Source: Lama guanicoe (lineage: Eukaryota). Taken from it: DNA of 64,000 nucleotides. The position numbers and the translations under genes are program-made. The first letter of the stretch is position 1, and every line of letters begins with the position of its first letter. Of this stretch, positions 48,912-63,261 are shown piece by piece. The DNA is taken from NCBI GenBank assembly GCA_013239625.1, contig MU057352.1, positions 25,870,764 through 25,934,763 of the forward strand, given 5' to 3'. Under the pieces are notes generated by a model, which saw only the letters and a list, made by a program, of their open reading frames with translations, was not told where the DNA came from and did not search any database.

Positions 48912-49383
48912 TGTGAACAAAAAATACTGCAAACCATATCAGTAAACAAAGAATGCTGAAGCCATCAAGTCATCAGCGGCTGCTGCCACCCCCCAGGGAA
49001 GACAAGCCTGCAGCCCAGCCTCTGCAGCCACTCACAATGGTGCACCCTGAGGGGACTCAGAATAAGAAAGGACAAGATACTGGCCCTAGATAGCTAGGTG
49101 CTTGTCAAAGGACTGAATTCAATGAGCCCAAATGTTTATTTCCTCCCATACACAGAAAAGCACTAAATCCTTTAACTTGAGATGCCTGGTTTTCTTTAGA
49201 TAACAAGTAACCTTTTATTGTTCCGACTACCTGGTCTTTGTTGTAAAGCTCCTATATATCCTGGCTCCTCCCCTGCCTCTTCGGAGCAGTCCCTCAGAGC
49301 CATCTGAGAGGCTGTCATCCTGGCTTGAGTCTTCCTGCCAAATAAAACACAACTTTTAGGCTGCGCATTTATTTCAGTCGACA
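48912..49383 (+). mobile_element. ERV1 solo LTR (MER41-like, ungulate type) inserted into a MIR
   Basis: Starts 'tgtgaacaaaaaatactgcaaacc', has TATA-like 'cctatatatc', AATAAA, ends 'tttcagtcgaca'; antisense MIR halves at ~48830-48911 and ~49384-49520. Confidence 0.8.
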
Positions 49384-50339
49384 GTAAGATCAATCAGACC
49401 ATTTCATAGATGGTTGAACTGAGGCTGCAGAATGCATCCAAGACCACACAGCAGTAAGTGGTGGAGCCAGGTCTTTCTAACTCCTAAGACTTGTTACTTC
49501 CTCTATACCACACTGCATCCATGAATTTGGCCACCATCTATCTGTGTAGCCTAAGATGCCATTAGCTTTTTCAACTTCCATTTGGCTCCTTTTGGTTTTA
49601 TGGACAAATAAAATGTCAGGTCTTCCTGCATGTGTGCCCATGCGTGTTTATATGTATATATACATACCAGGGCTCCACTACCTTCGTGGCTGCAATTGGC
49701 TGTTTCGATTCTAATTCAGTGACACTTTCTGTTTATCCCTGTTAGAGTTCATCTTGCTGAGCTTGAAAAATCTTTCCAGTCTGTTGAGTGATTTTAAGCA
49801 TTGATTCCCTCACTCAGCATGCAGCTGTTCCTACTACCTTTAGGCGATGTGTTGTGTATGCTTTCTATGGTCTCTTTTAAGTCCCCCTTGTTGAAAGTGA
49901 ACCAATGAGATTATATCACATATTGAAAATCAGGAGTCCTGTGTTTTTTATTATAAACTCTCAACCTCTTTTCCTGGCTCTCTGTCTTTAAAAATCCAAG
50001 GCTACAGCCTCACTGAACCACCTGAAGTTGTCCCAAATCCTCAGTGCCCTCTTAGGACATTATTTCTGGATGCACCTCCTAGTGTGCTCACATCCTCTCC
50101 TTCTTTTGAACTCTAACTCGTCAATAATGAAAGATACTTTCCCAAAGACCTGGACCCTCAGCGTGAATTAGCTGTCTCTGCTATATGTTTTCTAAGCCCA
50201 GAACTTATTCCTATCATGACATTTTTACAGTGTATAGTAATCTGATTTTTTTTTCTTGGCAAGACTGGAAATAGTATTACCTCTTCTATCCATGAAACCC
50301 AGCCCAACACACAGCATATTTGAAGAGCTCAATGTGTGT

Positions 50340-50800
50340 GGGTGGAATTAAAATATCTTTTAACTAAATCCGGCTGGATTGTATTGGGCTCCGCCGTGCC
50401 TTCTGCATAATGATAAAAGCGGGAAACAGGAAGTGGCTGTCCTGGGGACCGTCCTTTGACATTGATCAGCAGGTACACCAGGGCAATACGGCTCTCTTCT
50501 AATTTGCTGCGTGACAATTTCTGAAGAAGTCTGCCCTTCACACTTTCTGAGGCTTCCTCTCAATCCATATGTAGCGCCTCAGGGAATACTGACATTGAAA
50601 CTAGCTGGTCAGTTCTGCCACTCCGCCAGCACAGAGAGCAGCGCAGGCAGCCAGCGCGTGGTCTCCAGGCTTGCAGAAGCACTGATTCGGCTTCCTGCGC
50701 TGCCAGCCACTGACTCCGAAATGGCCCAAAGCCCAGAGTGCCATCAGGAGAACAGAAACTGTGACTCCGGGAAACGGCGTGGACACTTGCTTTGCTCCTG
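50340..50800. promoter_or_regulatory. Candidate enhancer (CpG-retaining unique DNA)
   Basis: About 18 CpGs in ~450 bp; TGATAA 50411-50416, GCGGGAAA 50419-50426, ACAGGAAGTG 50426-50435. Confidence 0.3.
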
Positions 50801-50989
50801 ATCCAGCTAAGCTGATTACAATGAGAAAAAACATGTAAATATGCAGACACAAAACATCACTTTATCAGTTCTAAGGTTGCTCTCCTCAAGAGGGCTCAGA
50901 GTCCTGTCAGTAATCCTATTACTTCTCCCTAAAGATACTTCGTTTTCCATTTATCTTCATGACAATGTTGCACCTTCTCTATCTTCTGA

Positions 50990-51710
50990 TCTACAAGTTC
51001 TCCTCCCCCATGGTGACTCTCACCTGATGGCCTGGCTTCCTATTTCCCTGAGAAAATAAAGACAAGCAGAAAATAATTTCTTCTCCCTCCCATCACTTAA
51101 TATACCACCTTGCTGCATTTGTACCCGTGTATCTGTGTTCCCTTCAGTTATTAATAAACGTACTGCCTGTGCTTCTATCCTAAAACAACCATCTGCTTTT
51201 GAACTAGGTAATGGCCACTGCCATCTATTCAAAGGATGTCTTTCCAGCTGCCCCTTCCCTGTGCCATCAATGTTCGCTTTCTACTGGAACATCCCCATTA
51301 CCATATAAATATACTTTCATAGTGTCCATCATTAAAAAATTAAAAAACCCTTTCCTGACCTACATAAGCCTCCAACCTTCACTTCGGTTCTCTGCTCCCC
51401 TCTAGTTGGCTTCTGCAATATCTTTCTCTCTTGCATCTTTTTCTGCATTATTAATGGTGCCTCCTTAGTCTCCTTTGCTGGCTCTTCTGCCCTCCCCAAA
51501 GCCTTGACCTTTGAAGTGTCCCAGAGCATAGTCTTCAGAACACTGCTTTTCTGTCTACACTCATTCCCTTGGTGAACTCAGCCAATGCCAAGGCTTTAAA
51601 TGCCTCTTGTATTGACAGATGCCAAACTGTTATCTGCAGCTGAACCTCTCCCTTGAACTCCGAAGCTATATAATCTCCTGATTTTTCCTCCCAAATCTGC
51701 TCCCCTGCTT
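50990..51710 (+). mobile_element. L2 LINE body
   Basis: 'tggcttcctatttccctgagaaaat...ctacactcattcccttggtgaactcagcc...aacctctcccttgaactcc'. Confidence 0.85.
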
Positions 51711-53559
51711 TGCTTCTCTGGGACTCAGTTTCTTCAGCTAATAAAATGAGAAGATTGTTTAAACATGATTCCCAAATCTAAGATTCTATTATTTAAAGAA
51801 TACGTCTATTTTTTTATCTTAAATTTCAGATGAAGAATAAAAGCCCGAGAAGGTATCCCTTCCTCATAAACACAAACCTTAGTATTATTAGTACGCAGAT
51901 GTCAAAAGACAAAATTGGTTTCCATGAGAAACCATCGTCACTGCCACTGCTTAATGAAGACACAAGAGCGCTGGAGTGCCAGAGGCAGCTATTACAGGTT
52001 ATTAACTTCTTTCCAGTTAAGGGCACACATTCTAATTTGCATTCTTGAATATGCATGAGCAGCTTTCAGCTGAAAAAGAATTTTGCCAGTTGTGACAAGG
52101 CCCTTACCAAAACTGCGACACAAGACACAAGTGTTAAGTGATGAGGAAGTAGAGTTTCCTTTTTCAGCACAAAGGTTGAAGAGCCCTCAAAAGATCCGGC
52201 AAGTTTTCTCGTTGGCTCTGTGGCTGAGTATCTCCCTTTCTAACAACGATCTAAAACAAAATCAGTTCAGACTAGTTTCCTCTGGCACTAGGTCTCACTG
52301 TGACAAGGCTGATAACTGCTGCTTTGCATGGCAGTAGAAAGCATTCTGAGTTGCAAGCTGAGGGACCTGCGTACAGATCATGGATCTGCTATTAACTGTC
52401 TGTCCTACTGTGCAAAAGACTGAACATCGTAGAAACTAAATTTTCTATATGAAATAAGAACAGCGATGCTAACTCAATGTGATTTAAGGAAAAGATGATA
52501 CCATAACTGCGACAACACTTTGAAACCACTGAAGGATTATTGAATCCAATGGATTTTTACTAATATAGAAACATGAAATTGTATTATTGCTGACCTCCAA
52601 ACTAGACTGAAATGAAAGTAATATTATTATAGGTTATATATGCAAAAGATGAGTTAGGTTGGTATGGGAAGTAAAACGTGGTCCACAATAGATGTTCTGC
52701 AAGTGTGTTAGCACGTTTCAGACCAGTAGTTTAAAATGCAGACCACTTTCAGCTATATAAATGCCAAAGCATATCACAAGGCTTTGTGCAAATCCCACCA
52801 TGATGCATTGTTAAGGTCACTAAACATGAAGAGTCACAACACCACCCTCGGCCACACACAGCATCAGATTCACTTAGAAAGATATAGGAAAGGAACCAGA
52901 GATCGCCAACAGGGCAGCGTTGCAGGAGTCCTTGAAAAAAAAAAGTTATGTCTTTGCCTCCTACTCCCCTCAGATGATGATTCGGATGCCAGGCAGCAAT
53001 AACCACAAAGAGCAGGTATGAGACCCTTGGTTTAATGTATCATGTCCCTAGGAGCCATTATCTCATAACAATTCCATAGGCACGAGTTTCTGGCTCACCT
53101 CAGATATGTGCTCAGCTACAAGAGGCATTGCATTCAGGGTGGCCTCAAACCAATCAGGTAGGTACAGGTCTTATAGTTGGGGTGCATTTTACAATTTGTA
53201 GGATATTTTGCCACAGTAAATATTGCCTAGGAACATAGTTGACATTTTCACCCTTATTAGGTACTAGGGGAACACAACAGGACAGCTAACTGGAGTTCAA
53301 GTTCCCCTGCAGTATGGGACAGTCTTTCGTTAAAGCTTTGCCTGTAGTTACTTAGAACATGCTTATTACCAACAGTGCTCAGTTCAAGTCCACATCACTT
53401 CTTAACTAGATGGCTGCCAAGCTTTGTCATCTGTCAGATTCTTTCTTTCACACCTGAACCTCCAGAAGTCCGCAGAACAACCAACCCGATACAAATGTGA
53501 TGACTTCATTCCTCTGATTAAGCCTGTTCAAAGGCAATCAAACTTCCTTGTACACAAGA

Positions 53560-54540
53560 AGCACTCCCAGAATGGCAGAGGAAGGACGTCCAATAATCCA
53601 TTTCTCCACAAACGCAATAATAACACTGGCGCCCAAAACAGCCAAAATCAACTTTTGCAGAACCCTGGAAACTAACCAAAGACTTGTAATAACTTGGTGA
53701 GAATTTATTCCAGAAAACTCCTGAATCCTGGTAAGAACAGTGAGTTTTATTAAATTTTGGCATGCACCATTCTTATCACTCTCTCCTCAACTCCATGGTC
53801 GCCTTGAAATCTAACAGACTCACAACAATGGAACCTGTGAAAACCAACAAAACCAGTAACCACTGGGAAACACAAAATTGGTTTGGAGCAAATATTTGTA
53901 TACCATATTGGAGCAAAATTTTGTATACTGTTTAAATTAAATTCTTTCCAATCTGAACTTCATTAGTTTAAATCAAGATGTTAATTATAATCCCCAGGGT
54001 AATCACTGAGAAAGCAGCTCAATAAGGCCAGTAAAACAAACAAACAAACAAACAAACAAACAAACAAAAAAACCAAGAGAATAAAATAATACAGTAAAAA
54101 AAAACCCTATAAAATGAAGCAGTGATGGAGGAATAGAGAAACAAAGCAGACATAAGACATGTAGATAATAAACAGCAAAATGGTAGGTGTAAATCTTCCC
54201 TTATTAGTAATTATATGATATGTAAATAAATCAATGCTCAGGTCAAAAGGCAGAGATTGGCAGGATGAAAACAAACAAAAAATGATCCAACTATATGCTG
54301 TCTACAAAAGACATACTTTAGATTCATAAACACAAGTAAGTTGAAGGTAAAAGGATGGAGAAAGATATACCATGAAATCGTAACCAAAAGAGCGCGCAAG
54401 TCGCCATAACACTGGACAAAATATGGTTACTAGAGACAAACCACTTTTTGCAATGACGAAAGTATCAATTTACCAAAAAGACATGACAATTATAAATATA
54501 CATTCACCTAGAGATAGAACCCTAAGTTTCATGAGAGAAA
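53560..54540 (+). mobile_element. Old L1 5' region plus ORF2 endonuclease start (L1MC/M4-like), with (AAAC)n at ~54035-54067
   Basis: 'aaaatcaacttttgcagaaccctggaaactaaccaaag'; 'aaaaggcagagattggcagg...atccaactatatgctgtctacaaaagac'. Confidence 0.8.
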
Positions 54541-55074
54541 AAGGTCTTCAAAGATCTCAACTTACTTACTGAGGATAAAAATCCAAATTTCTGAGCCTAA
54601 AACGCTAGATAAGATGTAATATTCCCTTCCTTGTCCACATTTCCAGCCTTTTCTTCTACTTTTTTCCTTACCATCCTGTTTCCATGCATAAAAACTACTT
54701 TGAATTTCTTAAAAGTTTCCGTTTTCCCTCTAACTTTTGCACGTTTCTGCTTTTGCCTGGGATGCCCTCATCTCCCTGAAAGACATCTTTCAAATCTGAG
54801 CTCCAATGTCACCTCTTAAAATAAGCATCTTCTGATCCCCCCAGGAGCACTGGAATATGTTCTCCCGGGTGTGCCCGTGTTCTTTGCTTTTACTTCTATT
54901 GAGAGTCTGACTTGTAATGATTCGGTCATGCTTGTCCATTCCATTAAAACCTGAAATTCTGGAGAGCAAAATCAGCTTCTAATAACCTTTGTTAACACAG
55001 GGACTAGAACACTATTTAGTGCAGATCGTGTTCACAAAAGTCAATGTTTGCTGGATACATGAATAACAGAGAAC

Positions 55075-55445
55075 ATAAGAAAATGCCATAGACTGAGTGT
55101 ATGAAACAACAGAAATTTATTTTCTCACAGTGCTAGAAGTTCAAGGTCAGGGTGCCAGCACTGTACAGTTCTGGTGAGAGCTCTCTTCCTCGCTTGTAGA
55201 AACCTACCTTCTCACTGTGTGCTCACATGGCTTTTCCTGAGTGTGCGAAAAGAAAGCGGAGGCGTGAGGGGGGGCTCTCTTCCTCTTCTTATGCGGCCAT
55301 TGAATCCTATATGATTAGGGCTTCACCCTTATGACTTAATTTAACCTTCATTACCTCCCAAAAGCTTTATCTCTAAACACAGTCACATTGGATATTAAAG
55401 ACTTAAACATATGAATTTTGAGGAAATGCAGTTCAGTTTGTAGCA
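55075..55445 (-). mobile_element. MaLR LTR (MLT1A-like)
   Basis: 'aacaacagaaatttattttctcacagt...ttcaaggtcagggtgccagca...gttcagtttgtagca'. Confidence 0.88.
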
Positions 55446-56379
55446 ATGCACAGCAGTATACTCCATTACATTTATGTATATCCGTAATAAGTAGGTTAGA
55501 GCATCATTAATTCAGCCTGGCCCCTCTCCTCTCTAAGTTGACTCAGTTCGGAGCGGATGTCTTTGACCTTGTTCTTTGTGCTGATCTCCCAAGGTCAGAA
55601 AAATGTGTTGACTTATCACTGGTAATCCATCAATCAACATCCATTTCCTCAGTCCTCTTGATTTGCGTAAGGAGCCTCTTGTCCCAGCCTGACAGTAGTA
55701 GAAATAGAAATGTACCAATTAAATGATTGTTCTGCTTATCAAAATCCTCATTGGAATATATTGGGCAGGAAGTAATTTTCTCCTCTCTGATTTTCATGAA
55801 TATACATAGGACTGGAACACTGAAACCAAATAAACATTAGTCAGATTTTATAACCAATGTGAAGGTGGATCTAGTTTATCTTTTTAAGATTTTAGGGCCT
55901 GAGGGGGAAAAAAAGAATAGAAAGGGATTACAACGTCACCAAATATTTATATAATGCTTAACAATTTAGAGACACAACACACGTGCTTTCCCTTGGGAAG
56001 GAGGTGTTTTAGCTACTATTACTTCACACATAAAACTCTGAAATGCTCATTTTCCCTTGAGATAATTCAGCTGTTAAACTGCAAATGGATTTAACTAACT
56101 CCATCCACTGATGCTAGAGTCTATGTTTCTCCCATCACTAACTGCATCAAAAAGTCTAAAGGTTAATTTTTATTTTTGCTTTGCACTTTACACATTATTC
56201 TGACACATATTAACTTAGTCTGCTCACAACAGTCCTGAGAGTTGGGCCTAAGGAAATGGAGGATAAGATTTTTCTCGGGGGGACTAACTCAGGGAGGGCT
56301 CCGACTGACAGAGTTTAATTCTGAGCATTAACAGCCTGTCATCACGGGACTCAGCGTCTGGAGCACACCATCACTCATC

Positions 56380-56720
56380 CATCCCTGATGACTAACGTGC
56401 CCTCTCCGGTCACCTGCCTTTCCTGTCTGGTGTCTATTCCTCTCTTAAGCTGCAGCTCAAGTCCATAGTTTTCTGGGAATCTGAGCTGAATTACCATACA
56501 GGTTAGGTTGCCCCTCTCTGGGCTTCTTTCGTCCTTAATGGATAGGGCTGTGGCTGCGCCAGTCATTCTGTAGGACAATTTGGTATTTGTAATACGTTCC
56601 TCCCACTAGGGTGTGAGTGCCTTGAGGAAGAGATCCTAGGTCTTGCAACTCCTCTACTCCCACACTTGGCACAAGACCTGAGCCACAGCACATGCTCAGT
56701 TAATAGTTATTGAATAAACT
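56380..56720 (+). mobile_element. L2 3' end
   Basis: 'cccactagggtgtgagtgccttgagg...gcacatgctcagttaatagttattgaataaa'. Confidence 0.7.
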
Positions 56721-57279
56721 GGGGTGAGAAGACATATTTAGGAACTGCCTATTTTGGCAGCCTCTCCTCAGTGGATTCCCCACTTCCTAGCCATGGGGGT
56801 GTGAAGGGATCAGCACAGAAATGCACGGGTTAGATAACATTCTTAACCTCTAAGTTAAGAAGGACTGGATCAGAAGATAGAGCCTTAGGGAACTAACTCT
56901 TGACCATGCTTGCTCCTTCCTTTGCTGGCTGGCCGGTGTGATAGAAAGACCATAGAATTAAAAGAAAGAATTAAATATTCTTGGATTCAAATCCTACCTC
57001 TTTCACTTGCTGGTTTTTTGCGACTTGCTCACTTACCTCATTTTCCTCCTCTGCAAGTTGGAAATAACAACACGATTTTCAGAAGCACAACTTTTAGCAC
57101 ATTGAGAGGTTCATTAATATTAGTTTTCTTCTTTCTTCACTCTAATTGTCTTTCCAAGTGCTTTCAGAGCCCTCTGCTTGTTTCATTGGTTGATTTTTTT
57201 TCTGTCTCTGAACCAGTAGTGCACTGTCTTGAACCAATGTAATGCTAATTATAATCCATGTGTGTGTATGTGTGTGTGA

Positions 57280-58695
57280 ATTGACAAACTAATTTCAAAA
57301 TTATATGGAGTCATGAAGATTAAAGAGACTGGTCTGTACTTTTAGACATGAAGCTTCATTAGAAAACCACAGTAAATAAGACAGTATGATAGAGGAACAA
57401 GGGTAGACATATAGACTAATGGACTAAAACATAAATTTTTAAAAAGATCTATGCATTTATGACAAACGTGATAAGACAATGTGGAAAGAAATTATTTGTG
57501 ATAGAAGGTGCTCAACAACTGGATATCCGTGTGGAAACTAGACCCTCAACTTCAGATCCACTGTAGATCTACATGTGAAAAATAAATCAAGAAAACTTCT
57601 AGAAGATAATATGATATAGGTATGACCTTCGAGTAAGCAAATGCTTCTTAAACAGGACATGAAGAGCACTAGACATAAAGGAAATAATGACAAATATAGA
57701 CAATGCGTTAAAAACGTTTGGCTCTCATAGGATACCAAAAGGAAATGAAATAGCAACCAGGGACTGGCCAGAGACCCCTATATATGACTAGCAAAGGGCT
57801 CATATTCAGAAGATATATATTTTTTTAATTCTATAAATCAATAAGGAAAAGAAAAACAGCCTTATAGAAAACAGGGCAAAAGATTTGAAGAGGCACTTCA
57901 AAGAAATGATATAATTAAATGATCAATAAACACGAAAATGTATCCAACCTCATTAGTAATTAGAGGAATGCAAACTAAGACGGCAACGAGATACTCTGTC
58001 ATATTTAACAGAATGACTCAACCTTAAAACTTCTGATAACATCATGCTGGTGAAAATGTAGAACAATTGGGACCGCACCCCCCAAGAGTTCTGTTGGAAA
58101 TATAGTTGCAACCACTTTGAAAATTAGTGTAATTTGTTATGGGTGATCACTGTAAGCCGGGTTAATGTTGACATGTCATTCCCAGACACCTAACCAAACG
58201 AAATGAGCGCACATTTGCACAAGAAGGCACGTAGGAAGACTGTTCAAATGCTAACAATCTATGATAATCAAACACTGGGGAGAAAAACAAGACTCCATCA
58301 ACAACAGGACAGATAAATAAACAGTGGTGTATTTATACACGGCAGTACCATACAACAATGAAAATGAAAAAACCACACCGACATAAAATGAGTGAGTCTC
58401 ACGAGCATACTATTAAGCAAAAGAGGCCAGACATTAAAATGATAAATGCTGTATGATTCCTTTGGTATAAAATTCAAAGTCTGACAGAATCTACAAATCT
58501 AGTCTATAACGGGGGTCAAGGATAGTTTTGACACATGTAGGGGTCACAAGAGGGCTTGTAAGACGATAAAATACTTTGTGTCTCACCCTTGGCGGTAGCT
58601 ATACCCGTGGATTCCTTTTGTGATAATTCATCAAGCTGTAGAGTTATTATTTCTGCATTTTTCTTGCATGTTATATTTGAATAAAAAGTTTTTAA
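57280..58695 (+). mobile_element. Old L1 ORF2 3' part and 3'UTR (L1ME-like)
   Basis: 'gggcaaaagatttgaagaggcacttc...caaccactttgaaaa...tgtatgattcctttggtataaaattc', ends near 'aataaaaag'. Confidence 0.85.
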
Positions 58696-59079
58696 GTATT
58701 TCAGATTGTTCCAGGCTAGAGTCATGTAAAGGTGTAACAAAGTATTTGTTATTAGCAGTAATAATTACAGACGAAAACTAAAAGCGAATCTTAAGTGTCT
58801 TCTGGTTTAATTCTCTCATTTTATACAGCAAACATTCAAAGGATGAGGTGCAAGAATTGGGTTTTACTTGGCATTCATATCTGTCAACATCTAGAGAGTA
58901 GATACTTGGTGACAGATTTATATGGCTGTTTATTCCTTGGGAGCTCAAACAAGCTCATCGATTCTTTCGGGGAAAAGAATGAGTAATTAGTAGTCAGCCC
59001 CTCTGTCCTAGGCTACTAGTCAGACATTCCTGCACTTTCTGGGAAACCCCTTTACCCTACTCCTGTGGCTGATGTGACA

Positions 59080-61140
59080 GTGGAAGTATAGACATGCAGA
59101 AAATAAAACAGAGAGCATGTTGGGATATTTAATTCATACAAAAATATGGATTAGAAACAAAAGATAATAATAGTTAAGATGTACATATGAAGATAGGACA
59201 GGAAGAAACATATTTGCAAATGAAAATGTATAATTAGAATAAATCTCTATGGAAGAAGAATACTGAGCTTAATTCACAAGAGCTGATTGTGGGCTACATG
59301 TAAGAAACACTTGTAAAATGAAGAGAAGCAGAGATGTTGAAACGGAAAGAATGGGCAGCAAGCTACGAGGCAAATGCAGAGCAGAAGGAAAACGCAAGAG
59401 AGTTGTCATAAATAATAACAGATAATAGGTTTAATTCAGGGTAAAATGCATTGAATTGGATACAATAGGGTACTTTATTAGAATGGTTATTTTGAAAAAA
59501 GACTTTTTACCCTATTTGCTGAATATGTCACAGTCTTTAATAAACCAAAATACGTAGCATCCAAGTTTACAAAGCACAATCCAAACGAATATAAGGAACA
59601 AAGGTAGAAATCTAATAACAGTCAAGCAGTTAAATTCACCACCATCGGCCTGGATTTGATCAACAGACCAACAGTGAAATGAGGCTACAGAAGATCTAAG
59701 TAGCAAAATAAATGAATTAGAGCTTATTCATTTACGACTCAATGCCGCCAAAATAGAGAATAGAGAACATTTCCCTCTCAGAGTCTGTGAAACATTTACA
59801 AAAATAATTATTAGGATGCAAAGATGATCTCAATAAATTTCAAAAGGAATAAAGAATACAGATTTGAAGTCTCTGACCACAGGGCAAAAAAATTTTAAAT
59901 TAATATAAAAACTAGAAAAAAAAATTCCATCCCATCAATAAAGTATAAAACCTTTCTGAATCGATTTGTAAATTAAAAAGAAAATAAAAATAAGTGATTG
60001 GAAATTCATAATAATGAAAACATGTAACAGAACCTGTGAATAAGATCTGATGATCTAATGGGCAGCATGGGGACTACAGTTAAGAATATGAGGCAAAATT
60101 CAGAAGATAAGGAGAGAAGCAAAGATTACAAAATATTTTTATAAAAGCGATGAAACTAAAAAAAGGTGATAAATGTACGGAGGTGCTTCCTTAATGAGAG
60201 AGAGAGAGAGAGATGTTTTAATCTTGAAGTTTAAGTAGATCTTTCTATGAAAGACATAGATTCTTGAGACCATTAAGACGTCCATACATTTAACCGTATA
60301 AAAGTTAAAAATCTCTGCATTCAATAAATATCCATAAAGTCAAAGACAAAAGGCAAAAAAGGGAAAGAAAATATTTCCAAGATAACATACTACCTATATT
60401 AGTAAAAAGTTCTTCTGAGAAGGTAAGAACTCAGTAGGAGAACAGGAATTAAAACAAAGGCAGAGATTTTACAGAAAAGTAAAGAAATTTGCCTTTAAAT
60501 ACATGAACATTTTAAAGTGTCATTTCAAACACTGATGGGCTGTCATTTTTAACTTGTCTGTTGGACAAAGACTATAAAGTTGGCATGAGGGGTAAACTGA
60601 CGAAAGAATACAGCAGTGTAACTTCTTTGAAAGGCAATTTGGAAAAGTCTACTAAAATGAGCTCTTAAACCAATGGATCCAGCAATGTGGTTTCAAGATA
60701 CTTATCCTACAGATAAAATGTGCAAAAAGAAATACGTAGAAGAGTGTCTGTTGCAGGGTTGCTTGTATTAGCAAAGCCTGGAAACAGCCTGAATGTCCTT
60801 CGAGAGAGAACCAGCTCAGGACATTGTGGGACATCCATACAACGGAACATACTGTAGCCATAATCTGAAGGTATTTATAGAAAACGTTCTCCAAGTCAGA
60901 TCGCTAAGGAAAAAAAAAAAAAGATGGGAGACAGTATGCGTAGCATGAACATACAAGATATATCAAATGTGTATGCATCTGTCATATTTCAGAAAGATAC
61001 CAGACTCTGGTAACAGTAGTGCCTCTTAGAGGGATCTGAGAAACTGAAGATCTGCGTTGGCAAAAGATTTACCTTTCACTGTGTACCCTTTTAAAATTTT
61101 CTTGTATGTGTGTGTTAGTATTTTTGAGGAAATCCTTTAA
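59080..61140 (+). mobile_element. Old L1 fragments (ORF2 endonuclease region, then 3' part)
   Basis: 'gtgaaacatttacaaaaa...tctcaataaatttcaaaagg...ctctgaccac'; 'cctggaaacagcctgaatgtcc...gacatccatacaacggaacatactgtagcc'. Confidence 0.75.
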
Positions 61141-62249
61141 AAATAGGATAAAACATAATGTAACCCAGATGATTCTACTACAAAGCCAGGATTGGGCATT
61201 CTTGTCCTAGACCAAATCTGTGCCATATCACTGGACATCCCCTCAAACCAATTCCGGAAGAACCGAGGATGAGCAAGTCAGGTCCACTGTGGCCTCTAGA
61301 ACAGATAATAAAATTAACAACAGTAATAATAAGAGTTTAATGGCCAGGATTCTCCTGTGTGCCAGGACCTCCGCTAAGCACTTTACATGCATGGTCTCAC
61401 TTGCTTTTCATCATTAACCAGTGGGATGAATATTAATACTATTCTTATTTTACAATGAGGACTGTGAGTAGAGTCTGGATCCCGAATCCATCTGCCTGCC
61501 TCCAGCCTGGCTGCTTCACTGTGCAGGAACCACAGAGAACAACATATTGCCTGCCTACAAGGAAAAGGCCTGGAATGGAATGTCCACTAACCCTAGGTCA
61601 GAACGCCTGCCCTTGCTAGCTGCTGCCCCTTACTGTTTTCTGAGGCCTTGGATAAGTCTTTTGACTTCATCCTCTATACAACGGGGATGATGGTAGAGAT
61701 TCTTAGCTCACTACCTGATCTTCTTTACTCTTCGTCAAAAACTTACGTAGTAAATACTGACATGTTTCCCCATTTTACATATGAGGTATTTGATCCTATG
61801 TGTGGTCAAGGGAATTATTGTAAAGGGCCACACTCCTTCAGCCAGGTGCTGCAGGGATGGGGACGACAAGGAAGGCTCCCGACAATGAGCAGGACATTTG
61901 GAAGCAATGCAGAAGCTTGGCTATACCACCAAGACAGAAAAGAGCACTCCTGCCATGATAATAGCCCTCCAGTCCACATGTTATGACTCTTGATCCCAAC
62001 CATATTCTTCCCATTTCAATTATTCCACATCAAGAGAGTAAACTCGAAAACTTGGCAGCCATGATGCTTAGAACTGCTAAGGAGAACAGGTGGTGCTGTC
62101 ACCCACCCAAGTCCAGAACTGAAAAAATGTCCACCACTCTTCACAATCAATATTGACTCAGACCAACTTGTAAGCCAAAGGAGTTTTAGTAAAATAATTA
62201 TGACTTAAGTTCCTCCACTAGACTGTGCATTCCTTGAGAGAATGCATGG

Positions 62250-62525
62250 CCCTTGCCTATTCTGGACACTTCATATAAATAAAATCAAGGTATACATGAT
62301 CTTTTGTACCTGGCTGCTTTCACTTATCATAATGCTTTCAGTGTGTAAGCATGTTGTAACATGTATCAGAGCTCCATTCCTTTTTTAAGGCTGGGTAAAT
62401 TCTGTCCTATGGATATACCACATTTTATTTATCCATTCATCACTTGATACATATTTGTATCCACTTCTTGGCTATTATGAATAGTGCTGCTATAAATAAT
62501 TGTGTAAGTTTTTATGTGGACATAG
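62250..62525 (-). mobile_element. L1 3' fragment (L1MB-like)
   Basis: 'ttgcctattctggacacttcatataaat...ggatataccacattttatttatccattcatc'. Confidence 0.88.
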
Positions 62526-62677
62526 NNNNNNNNNNNNNNNNNNNNNNNNNNNNNNNNNNNNNNNNNNNNNNNNNNNNNNNNNNNNNNNNNNNNNNNNNNN
62601 NNNNNNNNNNNNNNNNNNNNNNNNNNNNNNNNNNNNNNNNNNNNNNNNNNNNNNNNNNNNNNNNNNNNNNNNNNNNN
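62526..62677. other. Assembly gap (N run)
   Basis: Directly visible. Confidence 0.99.
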
Positions 62678-63261
62678 TCTAGCCCTCCAAGTTGGTGTAA
62701 AGTGGTAACAATTTCATATATTATTTTCTGATATAAATGTATATTCTCACAGGGTTATTGTAAGTATATAAGCTCTTGTTTTAACTAGAAAATAGCTACA
62801 AAATGTTTGCATTATTATTGTTGATATCATTATAGGTAAAATATATTAGGAAAGATTCTTCATTGAAAAAAACAAATAAATACAAGAAAACAGAAACCAT
62901 CTCTGAAAAAGGAAGAAAAAGGTTTTTTTGGAAGAATATCTGGAGGCTCAGAGAATCAAAAAGAATGATGGAGAATATAGCTCAGAAGACAGGCAGGACC
63001 CATGACAGACCAAGAGCTGCGAACAAGAGCCCAGGTCGCCCTACATGCAGGCAGTGGCGATGCGGCTGCCGCCACGGGCTCCTCCAGGTGAATCTGGCAC
63101 CCAACCCCTTGCTACTTTGCTCTCAGTGGCCACTGCTATTGAAATAAACTTTTAATTTCGCCTATCTCTTCTGTCACTTACCCCAGACCCAAACTTCTGC
63201 AAGAAAACACTCAATTGCCACTATTAGGTCATTTGACTGCTGGGGAGGTTCCTCTGAACTC

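Noticed and set aside
50625-50646. RE1-like 'ccagcacagagagcagcgc'
   Set aside because: Three core positions mismatch the consensus.
63030-63135. Small CpG-rich patch with CTCF-like sequence
   Set aside because: Spacing does not fit the CTCF core and there is no other support.
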